NCBI RefSeq assembly: GCF_009914755.1
Contig: NC_060927.1
DNA: 64,000 bases
Reading direction: 5' to 3' (one strand)
Source: the human T2T-CHM13v2.0 reference genome, Homo sapiens
In this document: positions 1 to 15,110 of the stretch, in pieces
How positions within the stretch are numbered: position 1 is the stretch's first letter
How the letters are laid out: each line of letters opens with the position of its first letter
The notes under the pieces: model-generated
Database searches by the model: none
What the model saw: only the letters and a program-made list of their open reading frames with translations
What the model was told of the DNA's origin: nothing
Made by a program: the position numbers and the translations under genes

Positions 1-72
1 CCAAGATCACTCCACTGCACTCCATCCTGGATGACTGAGTGAGACCTTGTCTCAAACAAACAAACAAAAAAA
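1..72 (+). mobile_element. 3' end of an Alu (cut by window start)
   Basis: CCAAGATCACTCCACTGCACTCCATCCTGG...GAGACCTTGTCTC followed by an A-rich (CAAA)n tail. Confidence 0.9.
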
Positions 73-1082
73 CCATAAAACATAAAACCCACCACTTCAC
101 AACTTCTATCCCTTGGATGGCTATCTAAATTAACCCAGAATGACTTCTTGACCTTTGTCATCCCTTAGATGACAAGCATATGATGGGCTACAGTCTTACT
201 CATTTATTCCTTCATTCAGTGAATAACGAATGTCTACTCTGTGGCTGTCTTTAGTTTGCCAGGAGGACCCAGTGCTCAGTTCAATGCAGCAGTTGTCTCA
301 GACAAAAACATTCCAGTTGGAATGATCAACTGTATAGTCTTCCTAATCATGTTGCTTGATCATGGATCTGGCTGCTCAAGTGCTCAGACAAAACCTCCTG
401 CCTTTTCCTGTTGTGCACAGCTACCTTAACTCCACATGAAAGCTCACTCACTATAAATGGAGAGGTCAGAGGGCTCCTAGGTAAGAGTTTATGCTTTCCC
501 TCTTCTGAGAGTTTAACAGGCATCTAGAGGCTAATAGATTGTGTACAGGAACAGAAACTACATTTCCTCCGTGAAAGGAAAGGAATCAAGGGGCTGAGTG
601 ATGGGACTGTTTGCATGGTGATGTCAATCCTTCCTCTAACTCCTTTTCTGCCTCTCTCCTTGGTCTCTTACCCCTTTTTACTAGGCCCATTAAAAATTAA
701 AAAAATATTTTTTAAAAAAACCACAGTGACCATATTTTGGTGGGTTTGTGAACATGGAGAGAGATATACTTTCTGAGTCAAAGTGTAGAAAATCAGGCAT
801 TACATATTTAAGATACAACCAATATGCCTGTAATTAGAGTCTCAAAGCTTGATAAGTATTAGGGCCTTTCTAGTTCCAAGGCCTCCAGAAGGGTAAAAAG
901 TAAAGAAATGCCAAGATAGGGTTTGAAATACTGTGATCTCTTAAATGCAAAAATTACAGATTGAACACCTCTCACCAAAGTCTTTTGTGCATGTCTTGGC
1001 TTCTCTATTTATATTTCTTTAAATATTTTGCTTTATCAAAAGTCTAAATGTGAGGAACTTCGGGCCCTGGGCTTTCTCTAAA

Positions 1083-1083
<1 letters not shown>

Positions 1084-1117
<34 letters not shown>

Positions 1118-1131
1118 ACACACACACACAC
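1084..1131. repeat. (CA)n microsatellite
   Basis: about 48 bp of CA repeat with one interruption. Confidence 0.97.
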
Positions 1132-3410
1132 CGAAGTCTCTGCTTATAATCGCATATTTTAGCAATATGCATTATTTTGTTTTCTTTGTCTCCTTTTCTT
1201 AGGGCACCTAAATTTTACAGCAACTTCTTTATTGAAGCTTTTAGGTTGATTCAGAGTATAAAAATATTTATATATAAATATCCATATATAAAGAAAGGTG
1301 TGGCATTTTATAGACAAAATTGTTCATTAACCACTGGATTTTGGTATTCAAATTTCTAGCCAAGGAGGGAAATACATATATGCGGCAAGAAGAGATATGA
1401 TTATCTTAGAAAAATAAGAAACTAGGAAAGGCTAGTTGCAAAAGGTTCTCTGTCAGAAAATTCAGAAAACAGTGCTCTCTCAGATGGGTACAGACACAGG
1501 CAGAAGAATGTGTCTTTTCCCACTGTGCATTCCAACCCTTCATTAAAGGACAAATCTAGGTTCATTGCTATGGGAGCCACACCAATTACAAGTGCATCTG
1601 TATCATCTCTGCCACTTCATTTCCTCGCACAATCATTGTGAAAATGCATTGCCTGAAAAAAAGTTGACATGTATGCCTACTGACTTTGTAAACTGAAACG
1701 GCTAACAAATCTTGGAAATGATTCAGAATTGCCTCTGGTAATAGTCATATTATTAGTTTATTTTGTCTCTTACTTGTTTCTTTATGATTCATGCCAACAA
1801 CTTGGCTGAAAATCTTAATCAGAAATACAATTGCAAGCTGTTTTTCTTTTTGCTTTTAGATTTCACAAAATGCTTGGGTTGATTCTAGGGAAATGGGTAG
1901 AGAAGGAAGAATCTAAGAAATGTTGCATTTATATTTACTTTCTGAGGATTAACTGGTGAACAAGTGAAATAGCTTATAACAACATGCCTGTCTTTATTTA
2001 TGAGGCAATTGTGCCTACACCTGATTCTTATTAAGAGCATCCAGACAATTAGGGGCTAGGCTGCCCAATACTTTAAAAATATATTACCAAAATCTAGGTG
2101 TAGTCTTATTTGAAACAACACTGCACGGGAATCATTTGCATTAATCAACTTTATAACCAAGACTGATAGAATGCAACTATATTAGGGTGGTGGCTAAAGG
2201 TAAAAGTTTAAAATATGGCATTGGTAGGTGTGGGATGTCACATGGAATGATCTTAAGGACCTCTTAAAATATATCTTTTATCACTATTACACATTGTGCC
2301 CACCACTCAATTTTCTCAGAGATTTCTGGTTATCTTCTCGCACATATGTCTCATATCACTAATTGGGTCTATAATACAAGTTCCTAACATGAAAATGTAC
2401 TATATTACGTGTTTAAGGTTTGTCACTATTTTACCTCCAGAATAGAGGACAGCTCAGAACCTAGATGATCAAAGAAGTTTAGATTTTATCAAGACCTCAG
2501 ACACCATTTAGTCAGTTGTCCTTCAAACCTTTTGCTTAAATATCTGAACCTATTCTTATAAAGAAGCCTAATGAGTAAAGGAGACATAAAAAAGGAGCTA
2601 GGAGGGCAGAAACTCGTGGATTGGACTTCTTCAGACCTCTAATTTCCCAGGTTGCTTCTGTACCCTAACCACTTTTTAAGAACGCTGTAGGTCCCCTTGA
2701 AGTAGGGTCTAAAAAGCACTAATTTCTTTAATTTAAAGATGAAAGAATTATGAGAGGTGTTGCCTTCAAAATTTTCAGATCACATATTTTATCAGTAAAA
2801 ACATTTTGAAGGTATCCTCATATACCATATATAGTAACATAATATGCTGCTTATAAAACATACAGCAAAAAATGAAATATATACAACATAAAATATACAA
2901 ATAATGACTTGAAAATATGAAAGTTATGTTTCTCTCTCATACCCCAATATATCAACTTGTATGTCCTATATTCTCCATATAAAGAACACAGCCTATAGAT
3001 GTAGGCTGACATCCCCAAGCCTCATGATGGATTGCACTAAAACTAGGATGCAAAATGTGGCCATCTACTTAGCGGTGCAGTGCTCTACTTTGCAAATAAA
3101 TGTTCACTCCAGTTTAGAGCTTAATGTTTTGAGTAATGTACAACCTTTTAAAAAATAATAGAGTGTGAATTTATTAGCCTTCTAGTTCTTATACAATAGT
3201 AAAACCATAGATTAATTTACAAATCAAATATGATATAAACTACAAAATTAATAAAGACTAAAGTTGCCAGAATGAATTGTTTGTGATGGATTATTTGCTT
3301 TGATGAAATTAAATTTCCAGTTGTATCACCAGGAATGATTCCACATGCATATAACAGCAAACAAGGTTTACAAAAGTTTAGAGAAATAGTAATTTATTGT
3401 TAACGCATGG

Positions 3411-3814
3411 TGTTGTGGTCTGAATGTGTTCCTCGAAACTTCATGTAGAAACCTAATTCCCATTGTAGTGGTATTAAGAGATGAGGCCTTTGTGGAAGTG
3501 ATTAAGTCATGAGGGTTCTCCCTTCATGAATGGCACCAGAGTCCTTATCAAAAGGGTTGAAGGGAGCTACCTTGCCCCTTCCACCATGTGAGGACCCTTC
3601 CACCATGTGAGAACACAGCATTTGCCCCTTCCATCACAAGAGAACGCAGAAAGAAAATGCTATCTTTGAAGCAGAGAGTAAGCGCTTCCCAAATATCAAA
3701 TCTGCCATTGCCTTGATCTTGGACTTCCCAACCTCCAAGACTGTGAGAAATGAATTTCTATTACTTATTAATTAGCCAGTCTAAAGTATTTTGTTATAAC
3801 TAAAAGACCAAGAC
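3411..3814 (+). mobile_element. MaLR solo LTR (MST/MLT1A-like)
   Basis: Starts TGTTGTGGTCTGAATGTG, contains CCTTGATCTTGGACTTCCCAACCTCCAAGACTGTGAGAAATGAATTTC, ends ...CCAAGACA; internal CCCTTCCACCATGTGAG repeats. Confidence 0.85.
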
Positions 3815-4599
3815 AGAAGTAGTAACAAATCTGTAGATAGGCAATTACTGGCATTAGTTTAGGGGTTCAACAATGTCAAGGCTGCTATATCTGGAAATCT
3901 TGTTGGCATTTTCTTCACTGCTGTAAGGTAACTTTTAGTTGTTTTTATTTTTAACAACACATTTCAACCATTGACTGGTTAATGAGCAACTCAATATAAG
4001 AGTGCACCATAATATACGAAATCAAAACAAAATTTAAGTTCTGTTTAACAAAAAGTTCTTTTCTTATAGCTACCTTACCTGATAATTAATTGATTCAAGC
4101 TAATGTATACTAGACACTCCACCACTAATATTCTTGTTATTTCAAACTGATGACCAAATTTATCATTAATTCAAGACTGGGCAGCTTGAGGAACAGGACT
4201 TTTGAGAGTAAACATAGGAAGCATTGAATACACACCCCTCTAGGTTAGAATTCATTATTTTTAAGTGTGTTTTCAGGGCCGACATACACCTGGTGCTATC
4301 TTCATATGTTAGTAGCAAATTAAATAAATATTTAGGAACCAATGCATAATTGTATATGGATGGGTTGGACTGTCACTGGAAAAGAAGGAAAGACACAGGT
4401 TCAAGGAAGAACACGTGCAAGTGCCTGAGGACACCAACATCGGTGAGAAATGAGAAGGAAAGGCCGTGGAGATGGTCAGGGGCACAATCATGTGAAACCC
4501 ATGAATAATTTTATTAAGACTTTGAATTTTATTCTCAGTGGAAAGAAGAGCTTTTGAAGGATTTTAGAGACGACAGTGACATGAACTGAAACAGATTTG

Positions 4600-4710
4600 G
4601 AAAAATTAAGTAAATTCTCCAGGGTCAAACTGCTAGTTAGTGGTGAAGTTTTGATTCAAACCTCACCTCAGTAGGTGCGTTTTACTCCAAAGACTGAGCT
4701 TCTAACAATC
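4600..4710 (-). mobile_element. MIR fragment (adjacent to probable L2 remnant)
   Basis: TTAAGTAAATTCTCCAGGGTCAAACTGCTAGTTAGTGG...GATTCAAACC resembles the reverse MIR core. Confidence 0.55.
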
Positions 4711-6076
4711 TATACTTCCAAGTATTGCCTTACTTCTGATATTACCCAAATCAAATTCTAAACTCAAACTTTGAATTTTTATCAAAGTTTATTTTTACTT
4801 AAAGAGAGTCTGTTATATCACTAATAACATATTTTGACTCTCTGAAATATATTATGAAATATGAAGGCACAGAAAATAAGATATAATGAAAAACAATCTT
4901 CTATTAAAAAATTGAAAAACTTTACTATATTGAAAACATTAAAGCAAAATAACATGAAAGAATAGACAGTAATTTATGTTAGCTGCATTTATAAACTGTA
5001 AAATATAATGTGAATTGGTACAGAAAAGGAAATACTTTTATTTCAAAATTTTTGTATAAAATAAAAATGGAGCTGAGCATACTATGTACATGAGTTCTTT
5101 ATGAATTTTTCATCTGTTTCTTCTCTTCCAGATTGCCAACAAGTATATGATTAGATATGTTGAAATCCATGAGAAAGTCTCATCTTATATTTTTCTTCTG
5201 ATTAGAAGAAAACTCATGAGAGAAACTATTCTCTATTCCTGCACAATTTGCAGTCTCAAGAAGATTGGATATTTCAAAGCAAAGCCTCATTCTGTTTTGA
5301 AATTCTTCCATTATTTATTTATTCTGAAGTCATATTATTGCATTCTTCCTTTTCCCTTTCTTCTGAGGGAGCCAAGACAGGACACTTTTATGGAGGAAAG
5401 TAACTACCTCACAACAAAATTGCACATTTATTTATTCAGTCAAATTGTTTTTTGTATTGATGGTCCCTAATTTCCTGTGCTGCTTCATTTTTCTACGGAG
5501 CAATGAAAATAAAACTTCCTAAGTAGATCAGCTAGTACATCAGAGCTGCATAGACTATTAATTTGTTTTATGTTGCATTTGTTAAAAAGCAACAAATTAG
5601 CTTGATAACTACCAAAGGTATTCTCTCTTCCTATTTAGACCTACATTTGGCCAATGCGTTACGTAAGTAGATATATTTTGTCACGGATTCCATGCCAGTC
5701 TGAGGTTTTATTGTCAAAGGCTGCCTTCATTTACTGTATTGAGGACAATTCTTCACGCCAATGAATATTCTTCTGCAGAATTATCATTATTAACAACTTC
5801 AAAACATTGTACTGTATGAATGTACTAAAATCAATTTAAACAAACCAGTATTGTACCTTTAGGATATTTTTTATTTTTTATTACTATTAAAGTTACTTTG
5901 AAAAACAAAATTATAATTAATCTCATTCATTTAACAAATATTCTACAATTTATATCCCAGCACACAGTTGAAGTACTCTGTCCATATTAAAATTCCTTAA
6001 AAGTTTTAAAGAAAATGTTAGTTATTTGAGAAAAAAACAAAACTCTCACCAAAAAAAAGAGAGAGCTCTGGTGCTT

Positions 6077-6381
<305 letters not shown>

Positions 6382-6631
6382 TCTGGTGCTTTCTTATGCC
6401 ACCTTCATCACATACCACATTCCCCCTTTTCTTGCCATGGCAGTCACAATGGTTTCCCATCAAGTCTTGTATCCAGCATGTTTCTTCCCACCTCAGGACC
6501 TTTGCACATGCCACTTCTCTGTTTGAAACTTGCTTTTTCTGGTCTTCTAGTTAGCACCTGTCCATCATTCAGCTTTCAGCTTATAGGTGTTTTCTTGGGG
6601 GAAACCATTTTTGACCTCTTTGATCATGTTA

Positions 6632-6711
6632 TTATGTTGATGCAAAAGCAATTGTGGGTTTTACCATAACTTTCAATGGCAAAAACCACAATTACTTTTG
6701 AACCAACCTAA
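6632..6711. mobile_element. MADE1 (Hsmar1-derived 80-bp MITE)
   Basis: 80-bp near-palindrome TTATGTTGATGCAAAAGCAATTGTGG...CCACAATTACTTTTGAACCAACCTAA flanked by TA on both sides. Confidence 0.93.
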
Positions 6712-6724
6712 TAAATACCTCTGT

Positions 6725-8338
6725 TCGAAATTTTTTAAAATCCTAAAGTTTACATGGAGCTGCAAAAGACCCAGAATAGCCAAAGCCATCTGGAGCAACA
6801 AGAACAACACTGAAGGAATCACATTGCCTGACCTCAAGTTATACTACAGAGCTATAGTAATCAAAACAGCATGGTACTGGCATAAAAACAGACACGTAGA
6901 CCTATGGAAAATAATAGATAACTCAGAAATAAATCCATACATCTACAGTAAACATTTTCAGCAAAGGTGCTAAGAACATACATTGGGGAAGGGACAGTCT
7001 CTTCAATAAATAGTGCTGGGAAAATTGAATATCCACATGCAGAAGAATGAAACTAGACCCTTATCTCTTGTCACATATAAAAAACAAATCCAAATCGATT
7101 AAAGAATTAAATCTAAGACCTCAAACTATTAAACAACAAAGAAAACATTGGGGAAGCTCTCAAAGAGTTTTGCCCCTTGGTCTGTGCAAAAATTTCTTAA
7201 GTAATACCTCAAAAGCAAAAACAGACAGAAATGGGAGAAAATATTTGCAAACTATCCATTTGATAAGGGATTAATAACCAGAATATATAAGAAGCTCAAA
7301 CATCTCAATAGGAAAAAAACCTAACTAATAATATGATTTAAAAATAGGCAAAATGTCTGAATAGACATTTCTTAAAATAAGACATACAAAGGGGCAACAG
7401 GTATATGGGGAAAATGATCAACATCACTAATCATCAGAGAAATGCAAATACAAATCACAATAAGATATCACCTCACCCTGGTTAAAATGGCTTTCATCCA
7501 AAAGATAGGCAATCACAAATGCTGACAAGGATGTGGAGAAAGTGAACCTTCCATAGACTGTTGGTGGGAATGTAAATTAGTACAGCCACTATGAAGAACA
7601 GTGTGGAGGTTCCTTACAAAACTAAAATAGACCTATCATAGGATCCAGCAATCCTACCACTAGTTATATACCCAAAAGGGAGGGTGTATTGAAGAGATCT
7701 GTACTCCCATGTTTATTGTAGCACTATTCACAATAGCCAAGATTTGGAATCAATGTAACTATCCAAAAGATGAATGGATAAAGAAAATGTGGTACATATA
7801 CACAATGATATGCTATTCAGCCATAAAATAGAATGAGATCCTGTCATTAGCAACAACATGGGTGGCACTGGAGGATATTTTGTTATGTGAAATAAGCCAG
7901 GCACAAAAAGAGAAGTTCTGCATGTTCTCACTCTTTTGTGGGAGCTAAATATTAAAAGTATTGAACTCATGGTAATAGATGGTAGGGTGACAGTTATCAG
8001 AGGCTGGGAAGGGTGTTGGTTGTGGGGAGAGGGGTGGGGAAAGGGGATGGTTAATCGGTACCAAAAGATAGTTGGATAAAATAAATAAGATCTGGTACTT
8101 GATAGCACAACAGGGTGGCTATAGTCAACAGCAATTTATTGCAAATTTTAAAATAACTAAAAGAATGGAATTGGAATGTTCCTAACACAAAGAAATAAAC
8201 GTTTGAAGTGATGGATATCTCATTTGCCCTGATGTGTTCTATGTACACATTGTACTCCTGTATCAGAACGCCACATGTACCCAATAAATATATACACCTA
8301 CTATGTACCAATAAAAATTACACATTTGGAAAAAAAAA
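6725..8338 (+). mobile_element. 5'-truncated L1 (L1MA2-4-like): degenerate ORF2 C-terminus, 3'UTR and A tail
   Basis: ORF2-like peptides ([44 protein letters not shown]; MKLDPYL) broken by stops; L1MA-type 3'UTR GATAGCACAACAGGGTG; A-run at about 8330-8338. Confidence 0.92.
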
Positions 8339-9637
8339 CCTCTCTTAAAGGCATCCACATCTCCTTTTCCCATGAAACGTGCCATAGTTGTTACATGTTT
8401 ATGTAATTTTTAATTTATCTCCACAACTAAACTGTACTTTCTCGTCATTATTGTATGTCCAACACCTAGCATATTGACAGACATAAGTACAGGCATAGTA
8501 TGTCTGTGTGTGTGTATGTAAATATTTATCGAGTGCATATTATGTGCCACTTACTATGTTAATTAATGTATCCATGTGAATTTTATTATGTTCTTATAAT
8601 ACATGTCTAGAAGTGGAAACAATTGAGTCAAGGGTATACATATTTTTATGTCTTTAATATACATGATCAATTTGCTTTCAAGAAATGTGAAACTTAATTA
8701 AAATCCCAAAGGCAGTGTATAAGGGTGACAATTCTTCTCCTTGAACCCTCCAAAATACTTATTATTGTCATCAGGTCTTATTTTCAGTCCCTTTTTTTTC
8801 CCCTAGTGAGAAAGAATAATTATGTTTATTGATCATTTGTACTTCTTATTGTATTAATTCTCAGGTTAAAATCCTTCAGTGACATTGTACAAACAAAGAT
8901 TAATAGATGCCTGAGGTTCCAAAAATGTATTCTTAGAGATCTGGAACATTTTTCAAATATTGTGTTTTCATTTGGATAAAATGATACTAAAGAAATTAAT
9001 ATAGGCATATTCTGGCTAGCTGGAAAACCACTATAAAGTCAAGACCTACGAACTGATTTTAATACCAATGTTTTCATTATGATAAAAAAGGAACTACATA
9101 ACACAACTTTACTCATCAATAATGAAAAAAAGAATGAAGGCAGACCTTATAATAAAACGATGTTTTCATACCAACTGAAGGCCAAAGGATGTGGTGATGA
9201 TATGCTCTATGAATATTAATGCCATCATAATTTAAAAACAGAGAGTTGCTGGGAAAACTCAAACAACCTCCATAAGTACTATAGTCATATTCTGAAAAGA
9301 GATTTACTTTCTGCAAAAAGTAATAATTTTTCATCTTAAATCATTATTGTTATTTTAGATTTTATGGGTTTTGTAGGGATTTCGGACATTTAATTTAAAA
9401 ATCTGGTTTTGTTATAGAAGATAATAAAACTTTTATATTGGGTTTCATGTTTGTTCCTAATTACCAATATATAATCAATTTTAATCAACATAAGGAGTCC
9501 TTAAGAACACTTCTTTTAAAAAAATGGCTTTGAATTACTCAACTGTGTAAGACAAAATTATAGGCCAACATAGTGTCAATTAAGACCAATAGCTGGTACT
9601 AACATAGTGAACTGTGAAGGAAAAGTATCTACTACTT

Positions 9638-9794
9638 AGAAAATAACCATAAAAGTTGTTGTTCAAACCCTCAGCACACTTTAGAGAGTGCAAGAGAGTG
9701 TTAATAATTATGCTGGGTGCTATTAATAATTACGCTAGGACAACGAGTGTAAACCTGAATAGTCCTGAGCAAACTGTGTTGTTTGGTGACCTAG
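9638..9794 (+). mobile_element. MER94-like hAT-Blackjack MITE with a small internal duplication
   Basis: TAG..TAACCATA...CACTTTAGAGAGTG...CTATTAATAATTACGCTAGGACAACGAGTGTAAACC...GGTGACCTA; the TTAATAATTA(T/C)GCT motif occurs twice. Confidence 0.7.
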
Positions 9795-10313
9795 ATATAT
9801 ATTTGGCTTTGTAGTAACTTTTGTCATATAGCAAACAGGGCAGGGAGAAATGGAGATTTAGCTAGTTCAGTAGTTTTGTAACCTGGACCTTGTACAATAA
9901 TTGCATTATTTTGGTTCTTGAAATTTGACTCACTGAACTTAAAAAAGAGAAGCAATAGGAGTATTTTACAGAAGGGCTATATCTAGAGGTAAGTAGAAGT
10001 GTAAAAATGAGTCATTATGTTCAAAACCAAGTAAGCTGAGAAAAGAGCAGACAAAACTTGGTGCTAATTTTTTTTTATTACATTAGACAACAAGCATAAC
10101 TGGCCGATTCCATTTATTTCTCTACAAAGAATAATTATACCTGGAACACATAGTAGACTTATGCAATTTACCTTCAATTTGGCTTTAAATGTCACTGACG
10201 ATTTCTGATGACTTCCAAATTCATATCAACAGTACCAACTCTCCCTGAACTCTGGAATTGTATATTCAACTTCCTTCTTGAGGTACAGAAGACATCTCAA
10301 AATTAACATAAGC

Positions 10314-10686
10314 TGTGTTAGTCTGCTTAGGCTACTATAACAAAATACCATTGATTGCGTGTTTTAAGCAACAGAAATTTATTTTCTCACAGTTCTGGAA
10401 GCAGAGTAGTCCAAGATCAAGGCTGATTCAGTTCCTGGAAAGGGCTCTCTTCGTGGCTTGCACAGTCACCGACTTGTGTGCTCCCACAGGCGAGTGGGAA
10501 AGTGAACATGCAAGCTCTCTAGTTTCTCTTTGAATCAGGGCAAAAATCCTATCATGATGTCCCCACCCTTATTACCTCATCTAACCTTAATTACCTCTCA
10601 AAGGCCCTATGTTCAAATACCATCAAATTAATAGTATGGTTTCAACATACAAATTGGGAGGGGACACAAACATTCGGGCTTTAACA
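10314..10686 (-). mobile_element. MaLR solo LTR (MLT1A-like) inside an L2 remnant
   Basis: TGTGTTAGTCTGCTTAGGCTACTATAACAAAATACC...GGGGACACAAACATTC...TAACA; near-TSD TAAGC/TATGC. Confidence 0.85.
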
Positions 10687-10807
10687 TATGCCAAACTGTT
10701 TATATTACCCCCAACCTCAACTGGCTTCTCTCCTAGGCTTCTGGTTTCCTCATTTTAGTAAGGGGCACTCCATTCCAAATTGTTCAGGCCAAACATTTGG
10801 AGTCATT

Positions 10808-11137
<330 letters not shown>

Positions 11138-11329
11138 TGGAGACATTTTTGATTCCTCTTTTTTGCCTATCTCTAATAATCTAAAAATTATTTTAGCTCC
11201 TACAGCAAAATATTGCCTTCCCTGGATGACAATGCCCTGTATGATCTGGGATCTGACTACCTCTCTGAAATTCTCATCATTTCTGGCTAGGCTTTCTTGG
11301 TTAAGATTAATCATATTTTATCCTATAAT

Positions 11330-12960
11330 CAAAATTTCCCTGATTGCTTAGCTTTATTTCTATATTTTAGTGAATTCAATATTCATTTCCAAATGTTTTT
11401 TCCTGTTTTCTCTAGTGATATATTAAGTGACCAAATTTCATCATCCTGATGGTATCATCGTGCTGTGAGTTCTTGCATATTTGAAACTGCATGCTTTTTG
11501 CCTTTATTTTTGAGCAATGATTTCACTTAATATAAAATTCTCAAATCATATTTTCATTACTGAATATTGGTTTAACATTGTTTTATCATCTTCTGGTATT
11601 GAATGTTGATATTGAGAAATCCAAGAGCAGCTTAATTTTTAGGCTCAGTAGGCAGATTTTTTTTAATGAGTTTTTTTTACCCTTGAATTCCAGCAATTTT
11701 AAAAATACATAACTTGTCAATTATTCTGTATCAATTATTTCTCAGATATAATGTACCCTTTGGTATTCAGATTCTGTTGCAGCAAATATTTTCAGTACCA
11801 ATTAGTTTTGTATTCTTCTTCAGTTACAATATATGAGTGTCTCTCATCCACTGTATCTGTCCTCCACACCTATTCTTCTTTTCTAATCACTTTAAACTTT
11901 TATAAACTTGGTACCTAATTTTGCTCGATTAACTTGTCTCTTTTTCATACCCCCAACTGTGTTTTCAGTAGTGTCTATTTTAATTTTGGGTTCTAGTTTT
12001 AATAACATAGGTAAGCTGAGTCTGACAGTTTACTTTCATCTCTTTATTTATTCTTACATATATATGTCTTTGACATCACTTTTCAAATAAACCATGCTTT
12101 AGTTAGTTCTTTCAGATCATGAATATGTCCTTGTTAAGTTGCCTGGTGTTATTATTTTGACACAGAGATTTTTTTCTCCTGACTTCATATATTAACTTCT
12201 TTTCCACCTCTTCCCTTTCTCCTTCTCCCTTCTTCTTCTCTTACTTTTTATTCATTTTTGGTTAGCTCCATGCCTGTTTTCATCTAGTTATTACTCATCC
12301 TTAAATGCGGTCAATTCTATCTGAATCAGCTTATTGTTTAAGAAAAGATGGAGGAGTAAAACAACGATTGAGCAGGAAAGTCAGGAAAATTTATTCCAGA
12401 TATGGCATCTCTGAACCTTCATGCTAAATATTCCACAGCCTTTACCTTGGGAATATGTCTTTACTCGCTCTTCTGAGTAGCCGTTCAGAGAAAGTAGAGT
12501 ATTTGCTAGGATCGCAGCAAAATCTCCAGTGTCACTCATTTTTGTGCAATGGCTTGACATTCAATCCTTTATTTTTAGCTGCCTATGATAAGCACCGATG
12601 GCATGTCTCTGCTGTTTCTCCCTCATCTCCCTTTTGTAAGGTATACTGGATTCAGAGATACTCCCTCAGACCACCCCTCCTCAAATCTTGCTGTACCAAT
12701 TACATGGACACTGATTTTTTAGGAGAGGATCCCTTCTACATTAGGGGAATATTAAAATCTGCACTGTATCTTAGAAATATGTTTCCTACTTGTCATTCTA
12801 CCTCTAGTTGATCTGGACTTCAAATTTCAATAGTTGTAATTACGAGTTGTGGCTTTTTCCTAGTTTTTTGAAGAAGGAGTTTATAATTATTTTTGTTCTT
12901 TGTAACATTTGGCTAGTTTTGGAAAAGAGGAGGAATAGAAATGACTTAAATCCTCCTCCA
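11330..12960 (-). mobile_element. Probable highly decayed old L1M fragment
   Basis: T-rich antisense-L1-like composition; only patchy similarity recognisable. Confidence 0.35.
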
Positions 12961-13299
12961 TTAACTGATGTTAAAGTTTGGGTCACACCTTTAAGTGGTG
13001 TTCAAGTTTGGATTAAAGGATTCATAAATGAAAATATGAGCCCAGTCCTCAAGACACTCATAGTCTAGTAAGAGGAAATAATCTTTAAATGAACAATTCC
13101 TGTTTTATGTGCTATATGGTATAATATTCAGTAGCTGTCTTATTGTAATACCTTCATCAGTTCTCATCACAAAATAACTTTCAAGTGAACATCTACATGT
13201 AAGTGAAACTTACAATTTTATATGACATCAAGCAGATGATTTATATCTAATTTCTATTAATAGGAATTTTAGAATTTTTAATTAAAATAATGTGGTACT

Positions 13300-13924
<625 letters not shown>

Positions 13925-14258
13925 AATAATGTGGTATTATTAAACATTTATTATGTTAACAAAACTTTAAAGTTCGACATTACTAGGCTTTAACGAGAAT
14001 GTACAGGAAAAGGAATTTTCTTATACCATTGGAGTCGTCAATGCTACTCCTAATATAGAGCTCAAAAAAGTATTTTATGTATGAAGACGAGACACAGGAT
14101 TTTCATTAGAACATTCGGAGTAATAGCAAAACTTCGAAAACCAACTAAATGTTCCTTAATAGGAAAATGGATAAATTATAATAAATAAAATATTAGCATA
14201 TTACATATCAATTGAAGGGAATGAACTGAAACTATGTTAACATAAAAAAATAGGTATA

Positions 14259-14583
<325 letters not shown>

Positions 14584-14614
14584 TTAAAATCATATAGAAC
14601 AATGCTTATTATTT

Positions 14615-15110
14615 CTATCAGTTGGTATCTGATTAGAAAATCAGAAGCCACATTATATTTCAAGTATGGACTTTGATACGAGAGATTAGAGTCATGTGCA
14701 ATAATTAAAATGGCTGGGAGAGTATAATAAATAAGGGAATTTACTAGTGATAATCTTAATTGTAGCAATAGAGCTAGAAGTTTTCAGAAGGTTCTTCAGA
14801 AAGCACTGAGCCTAATATTATTTCAGCCAGCAGCCCTGGTTCTCAAGAAGTCATTACTTGCTTCCTTAACTGCCTGTGGCACTAAAGCAGGTGAGCTTGC
14901 CAGAAAGCTCTCGTGATTTTCTTGTTTGCAATCTGACCGGGGTCTGCCTGAAAGCACCTCCAGAACATCATAACCTTCCTTTCGTTTCTGCATTCCGATA
15001 TCACTGGAGTACCTCTCACTGGCAAACTCTGACCAAGAACCATGTAGAAAAAGGGACTGAAATGTCATTGCAGAGGAGACCTTAAAAGGGATGGTAGCAA
15101 TGTCATATTG
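14615..15110 (-). mobile_element. Old ERVL-class LTR remnant (subfamily uncertain)
   Basis: GGCAAACTCTGACCAAGAACCATGTAGAAAAAGGGA is the reverse complement of a motif at about 23600-23645. Confidence 0.45.

Larger units (their letters stand above)
6440..8490 (+). mobile_element. Old L2 3' fragment split by MADE1 and L1 insertions (L2 parts about 6440-6625 and 8345-8490)
   Basis: CCTCAGGACCTTTGCACATGC before the insertions and TCTCCACAACTAAACTGTA...CAACACCTAGCA after them resemble consecutive parts of the L2 3' end. Confidence 0.5.

Noticed and set aside
6698-7274. ORFs resembling L1 ORF2
   Set aside because: Stop-interrupted remnants of a truncated old L1, not a functional CDS
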